IMG/VR virus record: IMGVR_UViG_2848581113_000005
Coordinates: 18,406-82,405 of that record
Origin: a virus
Taxonomy: Duplodnaviria; Caudoviricetes
Direction: 5' to 3' (one strand)
DNA length: 64,000 nucleotides
Position numbers and translations under genes: made by a program. Below are positions 1 to 9,633 of this stretch, piece by piece. Within the stretch, counting starts at the first letter, position 1. Every line of letters begins with the position of its first letter. The notes under the pieces are model-generated. The model saw nothing but the letters and a program-made list of their open reading frames with translations. It had not been told where the DNA came from and made no database searches.

Positions 1-74
1 CCCGGGCTTAAAAACAGTGAAAGATGAGTGAAAAGTACCCGATTTAAATTTCATTTTTCGCGGGTATAAAAAAA

Positions 75-135
75 GACCCAAGGTGGCGGTCCCTTGGGTC
101 GAGAGTGGCAGGAATTTGACCCGCCCCTCCCCCTT
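75..135 (-). other. Putative cos site (HK97-like 3'-overhang class)
   Basis: Directly downstream of the HNH gene; the minus strand reads GGGGAGGGGCGGGTCAAA...GACCCAAGG-GACCGCCA-CCTTGGGTC, a CGCC-rich core between 9-bp inverted arms (75-100). Confidence 0.6.
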
Positions 136-188
136 GTAAACTATGGCATTCGAAATGATTACGCTGGAAATTAATATTCACTCAGCCT

Positions 189-539
189 TCAGCGTGATCG
201 CTCTGTGGCAGTCTTCTGTCGATGGCAGGCTTCACACAGTAGTTGTAGATTGCTTAACACATCGGTGCCGCCATGCGCTTTGAGTTGGATATGGTCAACC
301 GTCGTGCCTGTGACTGCTCGTCCCTGTCGTAAGCAGTGCTGGCACAAATGATTATCCCGTTGTTTTACTGCAATTTTTAACTTATCCCACTGACTGCCAT
401 AACCACGAGCATGTCGGCTTTTGCCCTGCTGGTGACGTTGCCAGCCTGTGTGAAGATGGTCAGTACAGTAGCCGCTGCGGTCGATGGTAGTCTTGGGGCA
501 GCCTTGCTTGCGACAGGCTCGGGGAATACGGGGTAGCAT
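189..539 (-). CDS. Terminase-associated HNH endonuclease (HK97 gp74-like)
   Basis: RGYGSQWDKL...RDNHLCQHC...VDHI...GGTD...NLQLLCEACHRQKT; lies between the lysis genes and the cos site; start moved to MLPRIPRAC. Confidence 0.9.
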   Translation of the reverse strand: MLPRIPRACRKQGCPKTTIDRSGYCTDHLHTGWQRHQQGKSRHARGYGSQWDKLKIAVKQRDNHLCQHCLRQGRAVTGTTVDHIQLKAHGGTDVLSNLQLLCEACHRQKTATERSR

Positions 540-957
540 GTTCAGCCCTCGATATAGCAAAAAACCACCCGAAAGTGGCAGATTATCAAGCTCTCAGTAA
601 GTCTTTATAGTTTTGCGGAAATGGAACTCCTGGCTCTTTTTTGAGTCTCCCTATTTTATTTACAATTTCCTCTTTTTCCTTTTCGGTGGCTGTCTTATAG
701 AAGTCTTTAGCTGTAACTGGCACAACTCTTTTAGCTTCATGCCATGGTCTGTGGTAAGGCTCCTCTAGACCCTATAGCATATAAAAATTGTGTAGCTCAG
801 TGCATAGCGCAAACTGGAAACATATCAATCTGTTTATAATAAATCGAAAGATAGGACGGTAGCATTCCCACCGTCCTTTCATCACTCACCTACACTGTGT
901 CCTAACATACTCCTGCAGCCTTGAAATGTTTGAATTGGTGAGGAGTGAGCGGTTTAT

Positions 958-2337
958 TTAGTCAAATTGAACATCAAAAGGTTTATTATCTCTAGCTAAC
1001 TCTAATAACCTTAATGCTTCTCTTGAATATTTACGAGTAAAGCTTGATTTGCCTGTTCTTACCTTTTGATGATATATGTTATCTGTTTCCTTTATATCTT
1101 TCCCTGTAGCTTCTTTGATTTTTTGTATTAATTGATTTACGTAATTCCAATTACGATATCCAAGGGACTCTGCTAAAGACGTCATTGTAAAACAATAATT
1201 AGCATTAAATAAATCTAACGAATCACCATCGGTAATTCCATAAACTCTTTCTAATTTACCATCATCTAAGGCTAACTCAGTCAACCTAGTATAATCAATA
1301 GAAACTGTATTCATGGGTATGTCAGAGTTAATCAGCTTATAGTTTCTTGCTAATAATGCTCTCAATACCTTAGGATTAACATTATCCATTGCTGGATGAG
1401 CAGCAAAGGCTTCAAACACCCATTTAAAATCATTAGATACTATTCTTTTTATTCTTACATGCTTATTATTATCAATATTAATCATCGCTTCTCTGGCAGG
1501 ATAAGAGTTTTCATCTATTTCTTTATCTCTATTTAGTATATAGATGTTAGGAATCAACTCCCCCTCTTCCGATAGGATTTCATCTATATCAGACAAAATT
1601 CCTTTTATATTTTCATCCTCAATACTATAACCAATAAATATTAAAGGATGTTCAGCAAAAAAAGTTAATAATTTAGCACTAAGGTATTTTTTCTTACTCA
1701 AAAAATCATCGTAATCATTTCTATTGATAACAATTGATGCTGGCTCATTACAAGAGCCATGTATTTTAAATATTTCTCCAGTGCTACTATTAACTAACCT
1801 TATGATTTTTTGTCCAACTATAATTTCATGGTCAGGAAAAATTCCATCAATTATATTGTCGTAATTAGTTGTTACAATGGAGTGTGGATGAATGGATTTT
1901 AATGATTTTATTTCATCAGCAAACTCATTTTCATCAATTATTTCCAGACGATTAAAAAAATCGGCTATTTTATACTTCAGGTATATATCTCCATCATAAC
2001 GTTCACTGAATAATTCTTCAGGAAAATTAGACTTCCCTTCCGCCCAAGCCCAATCCCTATAAGCATCTGACAAGATAGTTCCAATGTCTATTAGTGACTC
2101 ATTTTTTTGTGTGTAATACGCGAATGGACGCTTAATTTCTGGACATTGCTCCATTAAATTTTTAAGCAAACTCTCCCAATCTGGTCCGTTCGCGTACCTT
2201 CTTGTCAGGCCTGAACCAATAAATAGAATTGGCTGACACTCAAGACTTTCTAGGCATGCTTGAATATCATCCGTTACATCTAATTGATATTGCTTATAAT
2301 CTCTGTTCATAGGATTTATCATTGATAACGAATACAT
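958..2337 (-). CDS. SIR2-like (SIR2_2) domain protein with a small C-terminal domain; candidate anti-phage NADase moron
   Basis: Motifs PILFIGSGL, PDWESLL, IVTTNYD, IFKIHGS, PLIFIGYSIED; AT-rich compared with flanks; AGAGGA RBS before MYSL. Confidence 0.85.
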   Translation of the reverse strand: MYSLSMINPMNRDYKQYQLDVTDDIQACLESLECQPILFIGSGLTRRYANGPDWESLLKNLMEQCPEIKRPFAYYTQKNESLIDIGTILSDAYRDWAWAEGKSNFPEELFSERYDGDIYLKYKIADFFNRLEIIDENEFADEIKSLKSIHPHSIVTTNYDNIIDGIFPDHEIIVGQKIIRLVNSSTGEIFKIHGSCNEPASIVINRNDYDDFLSKKKYLSAKLLTFFAEHPLIFIGYSIEDENIKGILSDIDEILSEEGELIPNIYILNRDKEIDENSYPAREAMINIDNNKHVRIKRIVSNDFKWVFEAFAAHPAMDNVNPKVLRALLARNYKLINSDIPMNTVSIDYTRLTELALDDGKLERVYGITDGDSLDLFNANYCFTMTSLAESLGYRNWNYVNQLIQKIKEATGKDIKETDNIYHQKVRTGKSSFTRKYSREALRLLELARDNKPFDVQFD

Positions 2338-2435
2338 AAGATAATCCTCTCTATAAATATTTAGCCTGTCTATTAAGATTAGCAATTTTTGCTAGGTATC
2401 ACACAGAGTTATCCGCTCTTCTTAATCTCTATACC

Positions 2436-2888
2436 TCAAAATTGGCATTCGGCCATACTCCACTCCCTTAGTCCGAGGAATTGGGCTTCGAGGGTTTCTA
2501 GTTCTCCGAGGAGATGTACATAATCCTGTTCAGCGTCTTTCGCCAGTTTGGCGGGTCTTGAACCACCCACGCTGGAGGTGGTAGTGGTTTTAAGCACTGG
2601 ACAGTTGGCTTTGACGTACACGCGCTGAGTATTGGCACGAAGATCATTACTAAGCTGATTAATCTTAGATTTGGCATTGGCGAGTTCCTGAGTGTATTTG
2701 CTATCCAATTCATGCAGCATTTCAATATGTGTGTTCTGGTAGTTAATGGTATCGTTCAGTTGCTGGATTTCTGTTATCTGGCCGTTATTGATGCCAAGCT
2801 GTTTCTTATATCCAGAGCGGTATAAGAAGGCTGCTGCTGAGGCAATCATCAACGCAATAACCGTACCCTTGGTGAAATTGAGCTTCAT
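2436..2888 (-). CDS. Rz-like i-spanin
   Basis: N-terminal TM segment, coiled coil, RVYVKANCP motif; follows the endolysin. Confidence 0.9.
   Translation of the reverse strand: MKLNFTKGTVIALMIASAAAFLYRSGYKKQLGINNGQITEIQQLNDTINYQNTHIEMLHELDSKYTQELANAKSKINQLSNDLRANTQRVYVKANCPVLKTTTTSSVGGSRPAKLAKDAEQDYVHLLGELETLEAQFLGLREWSMAECQF
2498..2677 (-). CDS. Rz1-like o-spanin embedded in Rz
   Basis: Alternative frame within Rz; lipobox ILSAC followed by a Pro-rich region PLPPPAW...PPNW. Confidence 0.8.
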   Translation of the reverse strand: MPNLRLISLVMIFVPILSACTSKPTVQCLKPLPPPAWVVQDPPNWRKTLNRIMYISSEN

Positions 2889-3319
2889 GATAAAAACATC
2901 TGGCGTTCAGATGCCCTGCGATTATCCAGCCCACGCAATACCTTGCCTGCTGCTTTATTCCACCGAGGAAACTCTGCCGCTGCGCCTTTATAATCACCTT
3001 GATTAAGCTTCTTCAATAGCGTGGAGCCAGAAAAGTTACCACTGCCACAGTTGAATATAAACGAGCACAAAGCATCGAACTGGCCTTGACTCAAAGGGAC
3101 TTTAACCCTTTGTATTAATGTGGTGTAAATAGATTGGAGATCATCCCGTAAGAATGCTTCAGCCTGTGGTTCTGTAATCACATCACCTTTTTTAACCCCT
3201 TGGGTATGACCGTAACCAATTGTCCACGGGATACCATCGGTTGCCGGATCGGGGTAGGCTTGCAGCTTCAGACCTTCATACTGTTTGATGCACTCAAGAC
3301 CTTTATCGCTGATTTCCAT
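2885..3319 (-). CDS. Endolysin, GH24 lysozyme
   Basis: EGLKLQAYPD...WTIGYGHT, QFDALCSFIFNCG, GLDNRRASE. Confidence 0.95.
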   Translation of the reverse strand: MEISDKGLECIKQYEGLKLQAYPDPATDGIPWTIGYGHTQGVKKGDVITEPQAEAFLRDDLQSIYTTLIQRVKVPLSQGQFDALCSFIFNCGSGNFSGSTLLKKLNQGDYKGAAAEFPRWNKAAGKVLRGLDNRRASERQMFLS

Positions 3320-3641
3320 CAGAAGATGCTCCCGTTTTTTTCTCTGCCACTTTACGTAATAATTGACCGATAAAGTCCGTCCCCAAGTAACCCATCATCA
3401 CACTGCCGATATAGGCTAAGTCAGGATTCAGACCAAACAGATTTAAGACATCACGAATGAACCAAGCGAACATGGCACACATAAAGGCATCGATAGAGAT
3501 TTTTAGCCAACCTCCACCGTTATAGCGACCGCGAAGGAAAGCCATTGTCCCGGCGAGTACCGCCCCGATGCCTTGTTCTTTTATCGATATGAGCCAGTCA
3601 CCAAGGTGTGCCCAGATATCAGGATTTTCTTTCATCTTCAT
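3303..3641 (-). CDS. Lambda S-family holin with Met-Lys-Met dual start
   Basis: Three hydrophobic segments, GYLGTDFIG motif, basic C-terminus, MKM start; hairpin over the RBS (3646-3680). Confidence 0.9.
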   Translation of the reverse strand: MKMKENPDIWAHLGDWLISIKEQGIGAVLAGTMAFLRGRYNGGGWLKISIDAFMCAMFAWFIRDVLNLFGLNPDLAYIGSVMMGYLGTDFIGQLLRKVAEKKTGASSDGNQR

Positions 3642-3806
3642 ATTTCCACCCCATCAGAACAATGGGTGTCCATGGGGTGAGTGATATCAACTCCGGTGAA
3701 TTAACTAATAGGTAATTGCCTGATGTAGCTCAAGCAGGCTATTCTGTGCAACAAAAACATTTTTTTGAGGGAAAGGCTGTACCGAAGTACAGCCTTAAAC
3801 TAACGA

Positions 3807-4790
3807 CTAAGAATAAACTACACCAGGAACTTTATCTTCGAAGATAAATTCAATCTCTAACGTTTCGCCAATATGTTTTTTAAACAGAGCTCCAATTTCA
3901 TCGAGGGAGTAATTATTGCTTACCGGATAAGATAAGGTACCTTTTCTGCTTACGTGACCATTAAAAATTTTGATTTCTTTGCCTAAGCACCGAACTACCA
4001 GAATTTTGTTCCCAAATTCTTGTCTAACTGTCTCATTACTCTCTTTATCGACATCTAACTCAACAGACTGAATATTCCCCCAATGTCTACTTTCATGACT
4101 GGAATAAAAGCCTGCAAGATTCTTTATTGGTGTATTATTACTAATTTCTTCCCAAGCACCAAAATTAAGTCCATCAATAATCTGAGCATAGCCAAACAAG
4201 TTATCAGGATACAACCTCTCTTCAGCTACGCCTGTACCAATTGTTATTTTCCCTTTTAATCGAAATGTTGAATCTGACTTTACTTCTGGCTCCAGTTCTG
4301 GTTTCAAATCAGGTGTTGGCTCTGGTTTTACTTCTGGCTCAGATTCTGGTTTCGAATCAGGGGTTGGTTCTGGCTTTACTTCTGGTTCCGGGTCTGGTTT
4401 CGAATCAGGTGTTGGTTTCACCTTCTCTTCAAAAAACTGCCAATCACAAGCCATCATATCTTCCTGCGTTGGCTGCCACGGCACAAAGTTACCGTGTTCA
4501 TTGCGCATATCGATATGCGTCAAATAATCATATTTAGTCCCAACTGCAACACCACCAACTGCATAAGCACTATCTTTCTCCACAGTTAAATCATTTACAC
4601 GTGGAGTGATAACCAGATACATCTCATTATTCCCTTGGCAATTAACCCAAACAGAACGAGTAACACGCTTGCGTAGTTTTAATTGAATCAAAGCCCAAGA
4701 AAAAGAACCCATCGGTGCAATAAAACAATCACACTGATATTGTTTTGGATCAAATGGGCATTCATGTTCAGGCTTAATAAATTCAGACAT
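3807..4790 (-). CDS. DUF2829/Tad2-like domain fused through a Pro-rich linker to an unknown C-terminal domain
   Basis: GSFSWALIQLKLRKRVTRSVW ... HIDMRNEHGNFVPWQPTQEDMMACDW is the DUF2829 (Tad2) signature. Confidence 0.75.
   Translation of the reverse strand: MSEFIKPEHECPFDPKQYQCDCFIAPMGSFSWALIQLKLRKRVTRSVWVNCQGNNEMYLVITPRVNDLTVEKDSAYAVGGVAVGTKYDYLTHIDMRNEHGNFVPWQPTQEDMMACDWQFFEEKVKPTPDSKPDPEPEVKPEPTPDSKPESEPEVKPEPTPDLKPELEPEVKSDSTFRLKGKITIGTGVAEERLYPDNLFGYAQIIDGLNFGAWEEISNNTPIKNLAGFYSSHESRHWGNIQSVELDVDKESNETVRQEFGNKILVVRCLGKEIKIFNGHVSRKGTLSYPVSNNYSLDEIGALFKKHIGETLEIEFIFEDKVPGVVYS
4274..4417 (-). repeat. Three 48-bp coding tandem repeats (PTPDSKPxxEPEVKPE)
   Basis: Three 16-aa units visible in both protein and DNA. 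Confidence 0.9.
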
Positions 4791-4942
4791 ACTATTTCCT
4801 TATATTTATAAATAATAGGAAGACAAATTTAATATTTAACTTCCATTCTATGTTAAACATCCTGAATATATTAAACAATTATAATGATTTAATATATCGA
4901 TTCGCCTTGTGTGGTCATATCTACAATTCACTGAAATCAATT

Positions 4943-5980
4943 TCATTTATTTGTGAATATTTTGATTTCCTGCTCAGTCCGCTTAAACCGTTCCTCTTCC
5001 AGTTCAACACCCAGCACACGACGATTGAGTTTCAACGCGGCTTTCAGTGTTGCCCCGGAACCCATAAAGAAATCCGCCACCAGATCCCCTTCCCGGCTGC
5101 TGGACTGGATAATATGCGCCATCAGGTCTGCTGGTTTTTCGCACGGATGTTTGCCCGGATAATATTGCACGGGCGCAAAATGCCAGACATCAGTATAAGG
5201 CACGGCAGCTGTCACTGAGAACGAACGGCGCATCAAACCATATTCCTGCCGCAATTCATCATACTGACGCGACAGGGTTAAATGAGAATCCACCAGATCA
5301 GAATACGGGGTGCTCAGTTCACCACGCTGGTGCTTTTCTTTGGCGATACGGTCAAACAGCACCTGCAACTTTTGGTAATCAGTTTCATTGGGTAACTGCC
5401 ACTGGCTATCGCTGAACCAGTGACTGGCCATCTGCTTCCCAGTGGCGGCGTGAATGTCTTTTGCCGTGACACCTAACGTTTTTCGGGCATCACGAAAATA
5501 ATCGACCAATGGTTTAAATACTAACTGTTTCAGGTCCTGACATTGTTTGAAATAGCCATCACCTTTCGAGTGATAAGGTCCCTGGTAATGTTCGGCAAAA
5601 ATGATGCGTTCGGTGGCTGGAAAATACATTCGCAGGCTTTCTTTGTTTTGTCTGCGCCACGGGCCGGACGGTTTCGCCCAGATAATATGGTTCAGCACGT
5701 TAAACCGTTCCCGCACCAGCAGCTCCGTATCAGAGGCCAGACGTGAACCACAAAACATATACAGGCTGCCGTTCGGTTTCAGTACCCGCCAAAACTCGGC
5801 AAGCAGTTCATCCAGCCACGCAAGATATGCCGTGACGTCTGCCCACTGGTTATCCCAGCTGCAGTCTTTCACGCGAAAGTACGGCGGGTCAGTGGCAATT
5901 AAGTCGATACAGTTATCCGGCAGGGTTTTGATAAATTTCAGCGAGTCGTCGTTAATTAATGTGACAGGGCTTAAAGGCAC
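4943..5980 (-). CDS. N6/N4 DNA methyltransferase (beta class)
   Basis: DPPY motif near the N-terminus, HPCEKP, and C-terminal DFFMGSG SAM-binding motif. Confidence 0.92.
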   Translation of the reverse strand: MPLSPVTLINDDSLKFIKTLPDNCIDLIATDPPYFRVKDCSWDNQWADVTAYLAWLDELLAEFWRVLKPNGSLYMFCGSRLASDTELLVRERFNVLNHIIWAKPSGPWRRQNKESLRMYFPATERIIFAEHYQGPYHSKGDGYFKQCQDLKQLVFKPLVDYFRDARKTLGVTAKDIHAATGKQMASHWFSDSQWQLPNETDYQKLQVLFDRIAKEKHQRGELSTPYSDLVDSHLTLSRQYDELRQEYGLMRRSFSVTAAVPYTDVWHFAPVQYYPGKHPCEKPADLMAHIIQSSSREGDLVADFFMGSGATLKAALKLNRRVLGVELEEERFKRTEQEIKIFTNK

Positions 5981-6068
5981 AGTAGTTTTCCCTAAATCAA
6001 TGCTGGCGGATTTTCAGGAAAGCCACGGTGAAAAGCGTTAACCTTTCACCGTGTAAGACATCATCCTA

Positions 6069-6269
6069 TCAAGGGTTACGCTTGAAAAACATGTCATCGT
6101 CCCGGCTTTCCATCAAACCCGCCAGACGAAATTGTGTTAACAATAATTGGCAGCGGGGTTCAGGTAGCCCCGTCAGGGTAGAAACATCGGAAACCGAGAC
6201 CCAATCATGCGGGGGAATGGTCTCTAAAACGCAGGCGGCGGATGTTGTCATATCTTCATGTTTTAGCAT
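6069..6269 (-). CDS. Small phage hypothetical protein (HTH-like)
   Basis: GAGG RBS before MLKHED; first gene after the Q-dependent promoter region. Confidence 0.55.
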   Translation of the reverse strand: MLKHEDMTTSAACVLETIPPHDWVSVSDVSTLTGLPEPRCQLLLTQFRLAGLMESRDDDMFFKRNP

Positions 6270-6361
6270 GATAAATGTAACCTCTTGGTGAGTTTTCGTG
6301 CATAAACACACATGTAACTCTGACCCATGACAACAGCAAGTCTTATGTTTATTTCAGGCAT

Positions 6362-6386
6362 AAAAAAACCCCGCATTAGCGAGGTC
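6362..6386 (-). terminator. tR'-like intrinsic terminator downstream of Q
   Basis: Minus strand GACCTCGC-TAAT-GCGGGGTT followed by a T run. Confidence 0.6.
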
Positions 6387-6448
6387 TGATAAATCGGTAT
6401 ATTCAGTGACATTACAATCACGTTATCACAATATACCGACTTTTGTAA

Positions 6449-6847
6449 TTACGCAACCGCTCTAACCAATTCTTTTCGCACACCTTTATTTATTTCCAAC
6501 GTCACCCCAGAGACCGCCAGAACGCCTTCGATAAACCCTTCCGCTACCTGTACCCGTTTGGTCACTTCGTTATGGGAAATCCCTAACGGGTCACTCATCG
6601 ACCGCAATGCGATCCCTTTAATATAGTGCAGCACAATAAGCTGGAATAAATAAGGATCATGTTGTTTCAATCGCAACACAGCCGCATCTAGCGCCATGCC
6701 GTCATCATCACAACACGGGGAACGCATTCTCCGGTTACGGGGCAGCAATCTCTTAAATCCGGCAGCCACGGAGGGCCAGTCTACCGGGCTTTTGCCCTCA
6801 CAGACCCATGCGCCCCATTGGTTCAGGATCATTCGCATATCACGCAT
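6449..6847 (-). CDS. Late antitermination protein Q
   Basis: MRDMRMILNQWGAW...VAAGFKRLL...CCDDDG...AEGFIEGVL. Confidence 0.9.
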   Translation of the reverse strand: MRDMRMILNQWGAWVCEGKSPVDWPSVAAGFKRLLPRNRRMRSPCCDDDGMALDAAVLRLKQHDPYLFQLIVLHYIKGIALRSMSDPLGISHNEVTKRVQVAEGFIEGVLAVSGVTLEINKGVRKELVRAVA

Positions 6848-6859
6848 TGGTGTCCTCGC

Positions 6860-8755
6860 TTATCCACATTCATTTTCTGTAACATTCTGCCTCTTCCACA
6901 CTTCGTCATACTCAGACACCGGCATATTAGCGATATAGTGATAGGGTTCAGCCTGTTCCTGGTGTAAAAACTGATGGGATTTTTTGTCCAGATAAAGCCC
7001 AATACCGCCCTCCCAGCCATTGCCGTTCCGTTGTTTTTCAATCAGTATCATGGCGGCCGGACCGGCCAGTTTTTCCCGCTCCTTATCCGTTAACATTGCC
7101 CCGGTTTCCTGCTTTTGCAGTACACGTTCACGAGCTTTATTACGCCAGATAATCATCAGGTTGTCTGTCAAGTCGGTAATCGCCCCAGTGCCTTTGACAT
7201 CCATCTTCCCCGTCGGTCTCTCTTCACTGTCACCTTTCCGGCTGTGTGTCACCAAAATCACATGGCTGCGGGTTCTGTTTTTGAAGTCACACAAAGCATC
7301 CACAAAGGCTTTCTGTCCATTGTAATCATCTTCCCCGATACCACATTTCATCAGGCTGTCGATAACAAACAGCTGGATACCATAACGACGCTGCGCATAG
7401 TTAAAGATATCAATCACTCTCGCGGCTTTTGCCGTTCCCGTCAGGCCAAATACCCACAGCCGATCATCGTAAAATTGAAATGCCGAGTCGATTTCTATCA
7501 CAGGTGGTCTTTCTGAGCAGGCCGCCTGCTGGGTCAGGCGCTTAAGCAACTGCCCCGGTTTCAGCTCGAAAGAAGCCACACAAGCGCGTATTCCCTGCCC
7601 CATCGCTTCACACAGCAAATGCCCGACCATTTCACTTTTCCCATGTCCGTTCACACCATTAAGCACCGTGAGTTCTGACTCGCGAAAACTGAAATGAGGG
7701 TTCAACATGTCCCACGGTGTTTTAAACAGACAATGTTCCTGACCGTAGAAAGCATCAATCGTGTCCTGATAAAACTCTCTCGCACTGCACAACTCTTCCG
7801 GATCAAAAAAGATCGCCGTTTCAAGACAACGCACCACGTCATCCTGTGTCATACCCGCCTGTAAGCACGCGTTGATATCCTTGTACGGTAACCTGACTAG
7901 CCGACAGCGATATTCGCCCAATCGGTTGGCAATCTCTTTTGCGGCTTCCCGTCCCACGTCGTCGTTGTCCATTGAGATCCAAATTTCCTCAAAGCGATCA
8001 AGGTTGTGGTATTCAAACTCAATCCACTGCTGCTTGGCGCCCTTACCGCCCCCGAACGGCACAGAAAGGGCCGGCAAACCGTACTGGTGATAACTCATGC
8101 AGTCGATCTCCCCTTCACACAAAATAACTAGCCGGACGTGATTCGGTATCGCCTGCCAGCCAAACAGACAGGGTTCACACTGAGATTCAGCCATAATGAC
8201 TTTCTTGCCATTGGGACGCTCAGTGCTGATGCGCTTGACTTGCAACAACTCCCCGTTTCGTTTGTAAGGAAACGCAATAGCAGGTAATTCTCTGTTTTCA
8301 GCATGAAACCAGACACAGGCATCACCTATCTCAAACGCTTCCGCCGTCTGGCGGGTGATCCCCCGGCTTTCCAGATAGGCATAGCACACGTTGGGTTTAA
8401 AGACATGTTTCGTCAGCCTGTTGCGATCTGGCCGGACAAAGTTTTTTTTCTGCTTCGCGACGAAGTGGTGATCGTCATCCGCAATCCCCAGAAACTGTTT
8501 TGCCTCAGCCATGGCTTGATGCAGACTACAGTCACGCACCTGCACCCATAAATCCAGCAGATCACCACCGGTTCCTTCTGCAAAGTCAGACCAGACTTTC
8601 TTGCCGGACAGATTAATTTTCAGGCTTTTTCCCGCTTCGCCATTGACCGATCCCACTACCCACTCATGCCCTTCCCTACGCCCGTCGGGCAGCAGGTATT
8701 TTGTTACCCGCGCTACGCTACCCCAGAGTTTTTCCGATAGTTCTTTTGGTGTCAT
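6860..8755 (-). CDS. Primase-helicase (TOPRIM plus SF4 helicase, T7 gp4/Twinkle-like)
   Basis: CEGEIDCMS and DNDDVG TOPRIM motifs; GVNGHGKS Walker A; FVIDSL; LVTHSRK. Confidence 0.92.
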   Translation of the reverse strand: MTPKELSEKLWGSVARVTKYLLPDGRREGHEWVVGSVNGEAGKSLKINLSGKKVWSDFAEGTGGDLLDLWVQVRDCSLHQAMAEAKQFLGIADDDHHFVAKQKKNFVRPDRNRLTKHVFKPNVCYAYLESRGITRQTAEAFEIGDACVWFHAENRELPAIAFPYKRNGELLQVKRISTERPNGKKVIMAESQCEPCLFGWQAIPNHVRLVILCEGEIDCMSYHQYGLPALSVPFGGGKGAKQQWIEFEYHNLDRFEEIWISMDNDDVGREAAKEIANRLGEYRCRLVRLPYKDINACLQAGMTQDDVVRCLETAIFFDPEELCSAREFYQDTIDAFYGQEHCLFKTPWDMLNPHFSFRESELTVLNGVNGHGKSEMVGHLLCEAMGQGIRACVASFELKPGQLLKRLTQQAACSERPPVIEIDSAFQFYDDRLWVFGLTGTAKAARVIDIFNYAQRRYGIQLFVIDSLMKCGIGEDDYNGQKAFVDALCDFKNRTRSHVILVTHSRKGDSEERPTGKMDVKGTGAITDLTDNLMIIWRNKARERVLQKQETGAMLTDKEREKLAGPAAMILIEKQRNGNGWEGGIGLYLDKKSHQFLHQEQAEPYHYIANMPVSEYDEVWKRQNVTENECG

Positions 8756-8812
8756 GGTGCTTTTCCCTTTAACTTGCTAAATCCATAGCGAATCGCCAGC
8801 CTGTTATCAACA

Positions 8813-9541
8813 TCATCGTTCGATGTAGTAATAGTTCCCATATTTCTGAATGGGAGAATGATCCGGGCTCTGATTTTGTTGTGGCTCCCGCTGATACGTT
8901 TTCGCGTTACGCAACCAATTGTTCAATGCCCGTCCCCAATCCACAAACTGACTGCCTTTGCTGGCATGATGGTCAGCAAATTTTAAAAATTCTTCCCGCA
9001 GGTTCACGCCCAGTTCATTAGCCAGTGCCTGATGCTGTGCTGTTGGGAGAAAAATGTTTGGCAAGGAGTGTTTGTTTTCCGTTTTTTGTGACGATTTCTC
9101 GCAGACGTCTATAACAGGTTCCTTGACTGGTTCAAAAGAGTGACTGGTTCTGGTGCCATCTGGCGGCATAGGGGGTATATCACCTGACGGCACAGGGGTG
9201 CCAACAGGTGGCATAGGTATGTTTTCTGGCGGCACAGGGGGTATGCTTTTTGGTGGCACAGGGGCAGCCGATAAATTCAGGTAATAGACATTCGAGGCAT
9301 TTCCCTTACCGTTATGGTTACCCAGCCGGTTTTCCTTGATAAGCAGCCCCATCTCAATCAGGGCATCAATGTGACTTCTCACCGCACTCTTACTACATTC
9401 GCAATGATCTGCAATGTGTCGGTATGAAGGCCAGCACTCGCCTTTGTCGTTTGCATTATCCGCTAATTTTATAAGCACCAGTTTTCTCAGGGGGTTTCCT
9501 ACCCTGATACTCATTGCCTTCGCCATCAGACTCATACTCAT
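8813..9541 (-). CDS. Phage replication initiator (N-terminal HTH, C-terminal DnaT-like region)
   Basis: RKLVLIKLADNANDKGECWPSYRHIA HTH; DWGRALNNWLRNA C-terminus. Confidence 0.85.
   Translation of the reverse strand: MSMSLMAKAMSIRVGNPLRKLVLIKLADNANDKGECWPSYRHIADHCECSKSAVRSHIDALIEMGLLIKENRLGNHNGKGNASNVYYLNLSAAPVPPKSIPPVPPENIPMPPVGTPVPSGDIPPMPPDGTRTSHSFEPVKEPVIDVCEKSSQKTENKHSLPNIFLPTAQHQALANELGVNLREEFLKFADHHASKGSQFVDWGRALNNWLRNAKTYQREPQQNQSPDHSPIQKYGNYYYIER
9161..9264. repeat. Five iteron-like repeats (GRYGGCAYAGG) inside rep; probable origin
   Basis: Five copies spaced 21-24 bp apart, about two helical turns. Confidence 0.65.
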
Positions 9542-9633
9542 GCCGTTTCCCCCTTACAGTACGCTAAACAACATCCACATGTTCATATCGGACTCATCCA
9601 AAACGCCATGCATAATCCACCACCGACGGGAAC

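Noticed and set aside
900-930. ERIC-like similarity (TTTCAAGGCTGCAGG on the minus strand)
   Set aside because: Too short and lacks the full terminal inverted repeats
4274-4417. 48-bp repeats as a CRISPR array or DGR repeat
   Set aside because: Contiguous in-frame coding repeats with no spacers; no reverse transcriptase in the window
958-4790. Complete Thoeris system
   Set aside because: No TIR-domain gene in the window, and the SIR2 protein lacks a recognisable SLOG domain
9161-9264. GGCAYAGG repeats as an array
   Set aside because: 21-24 bp spacing inside rep fits replication iterons
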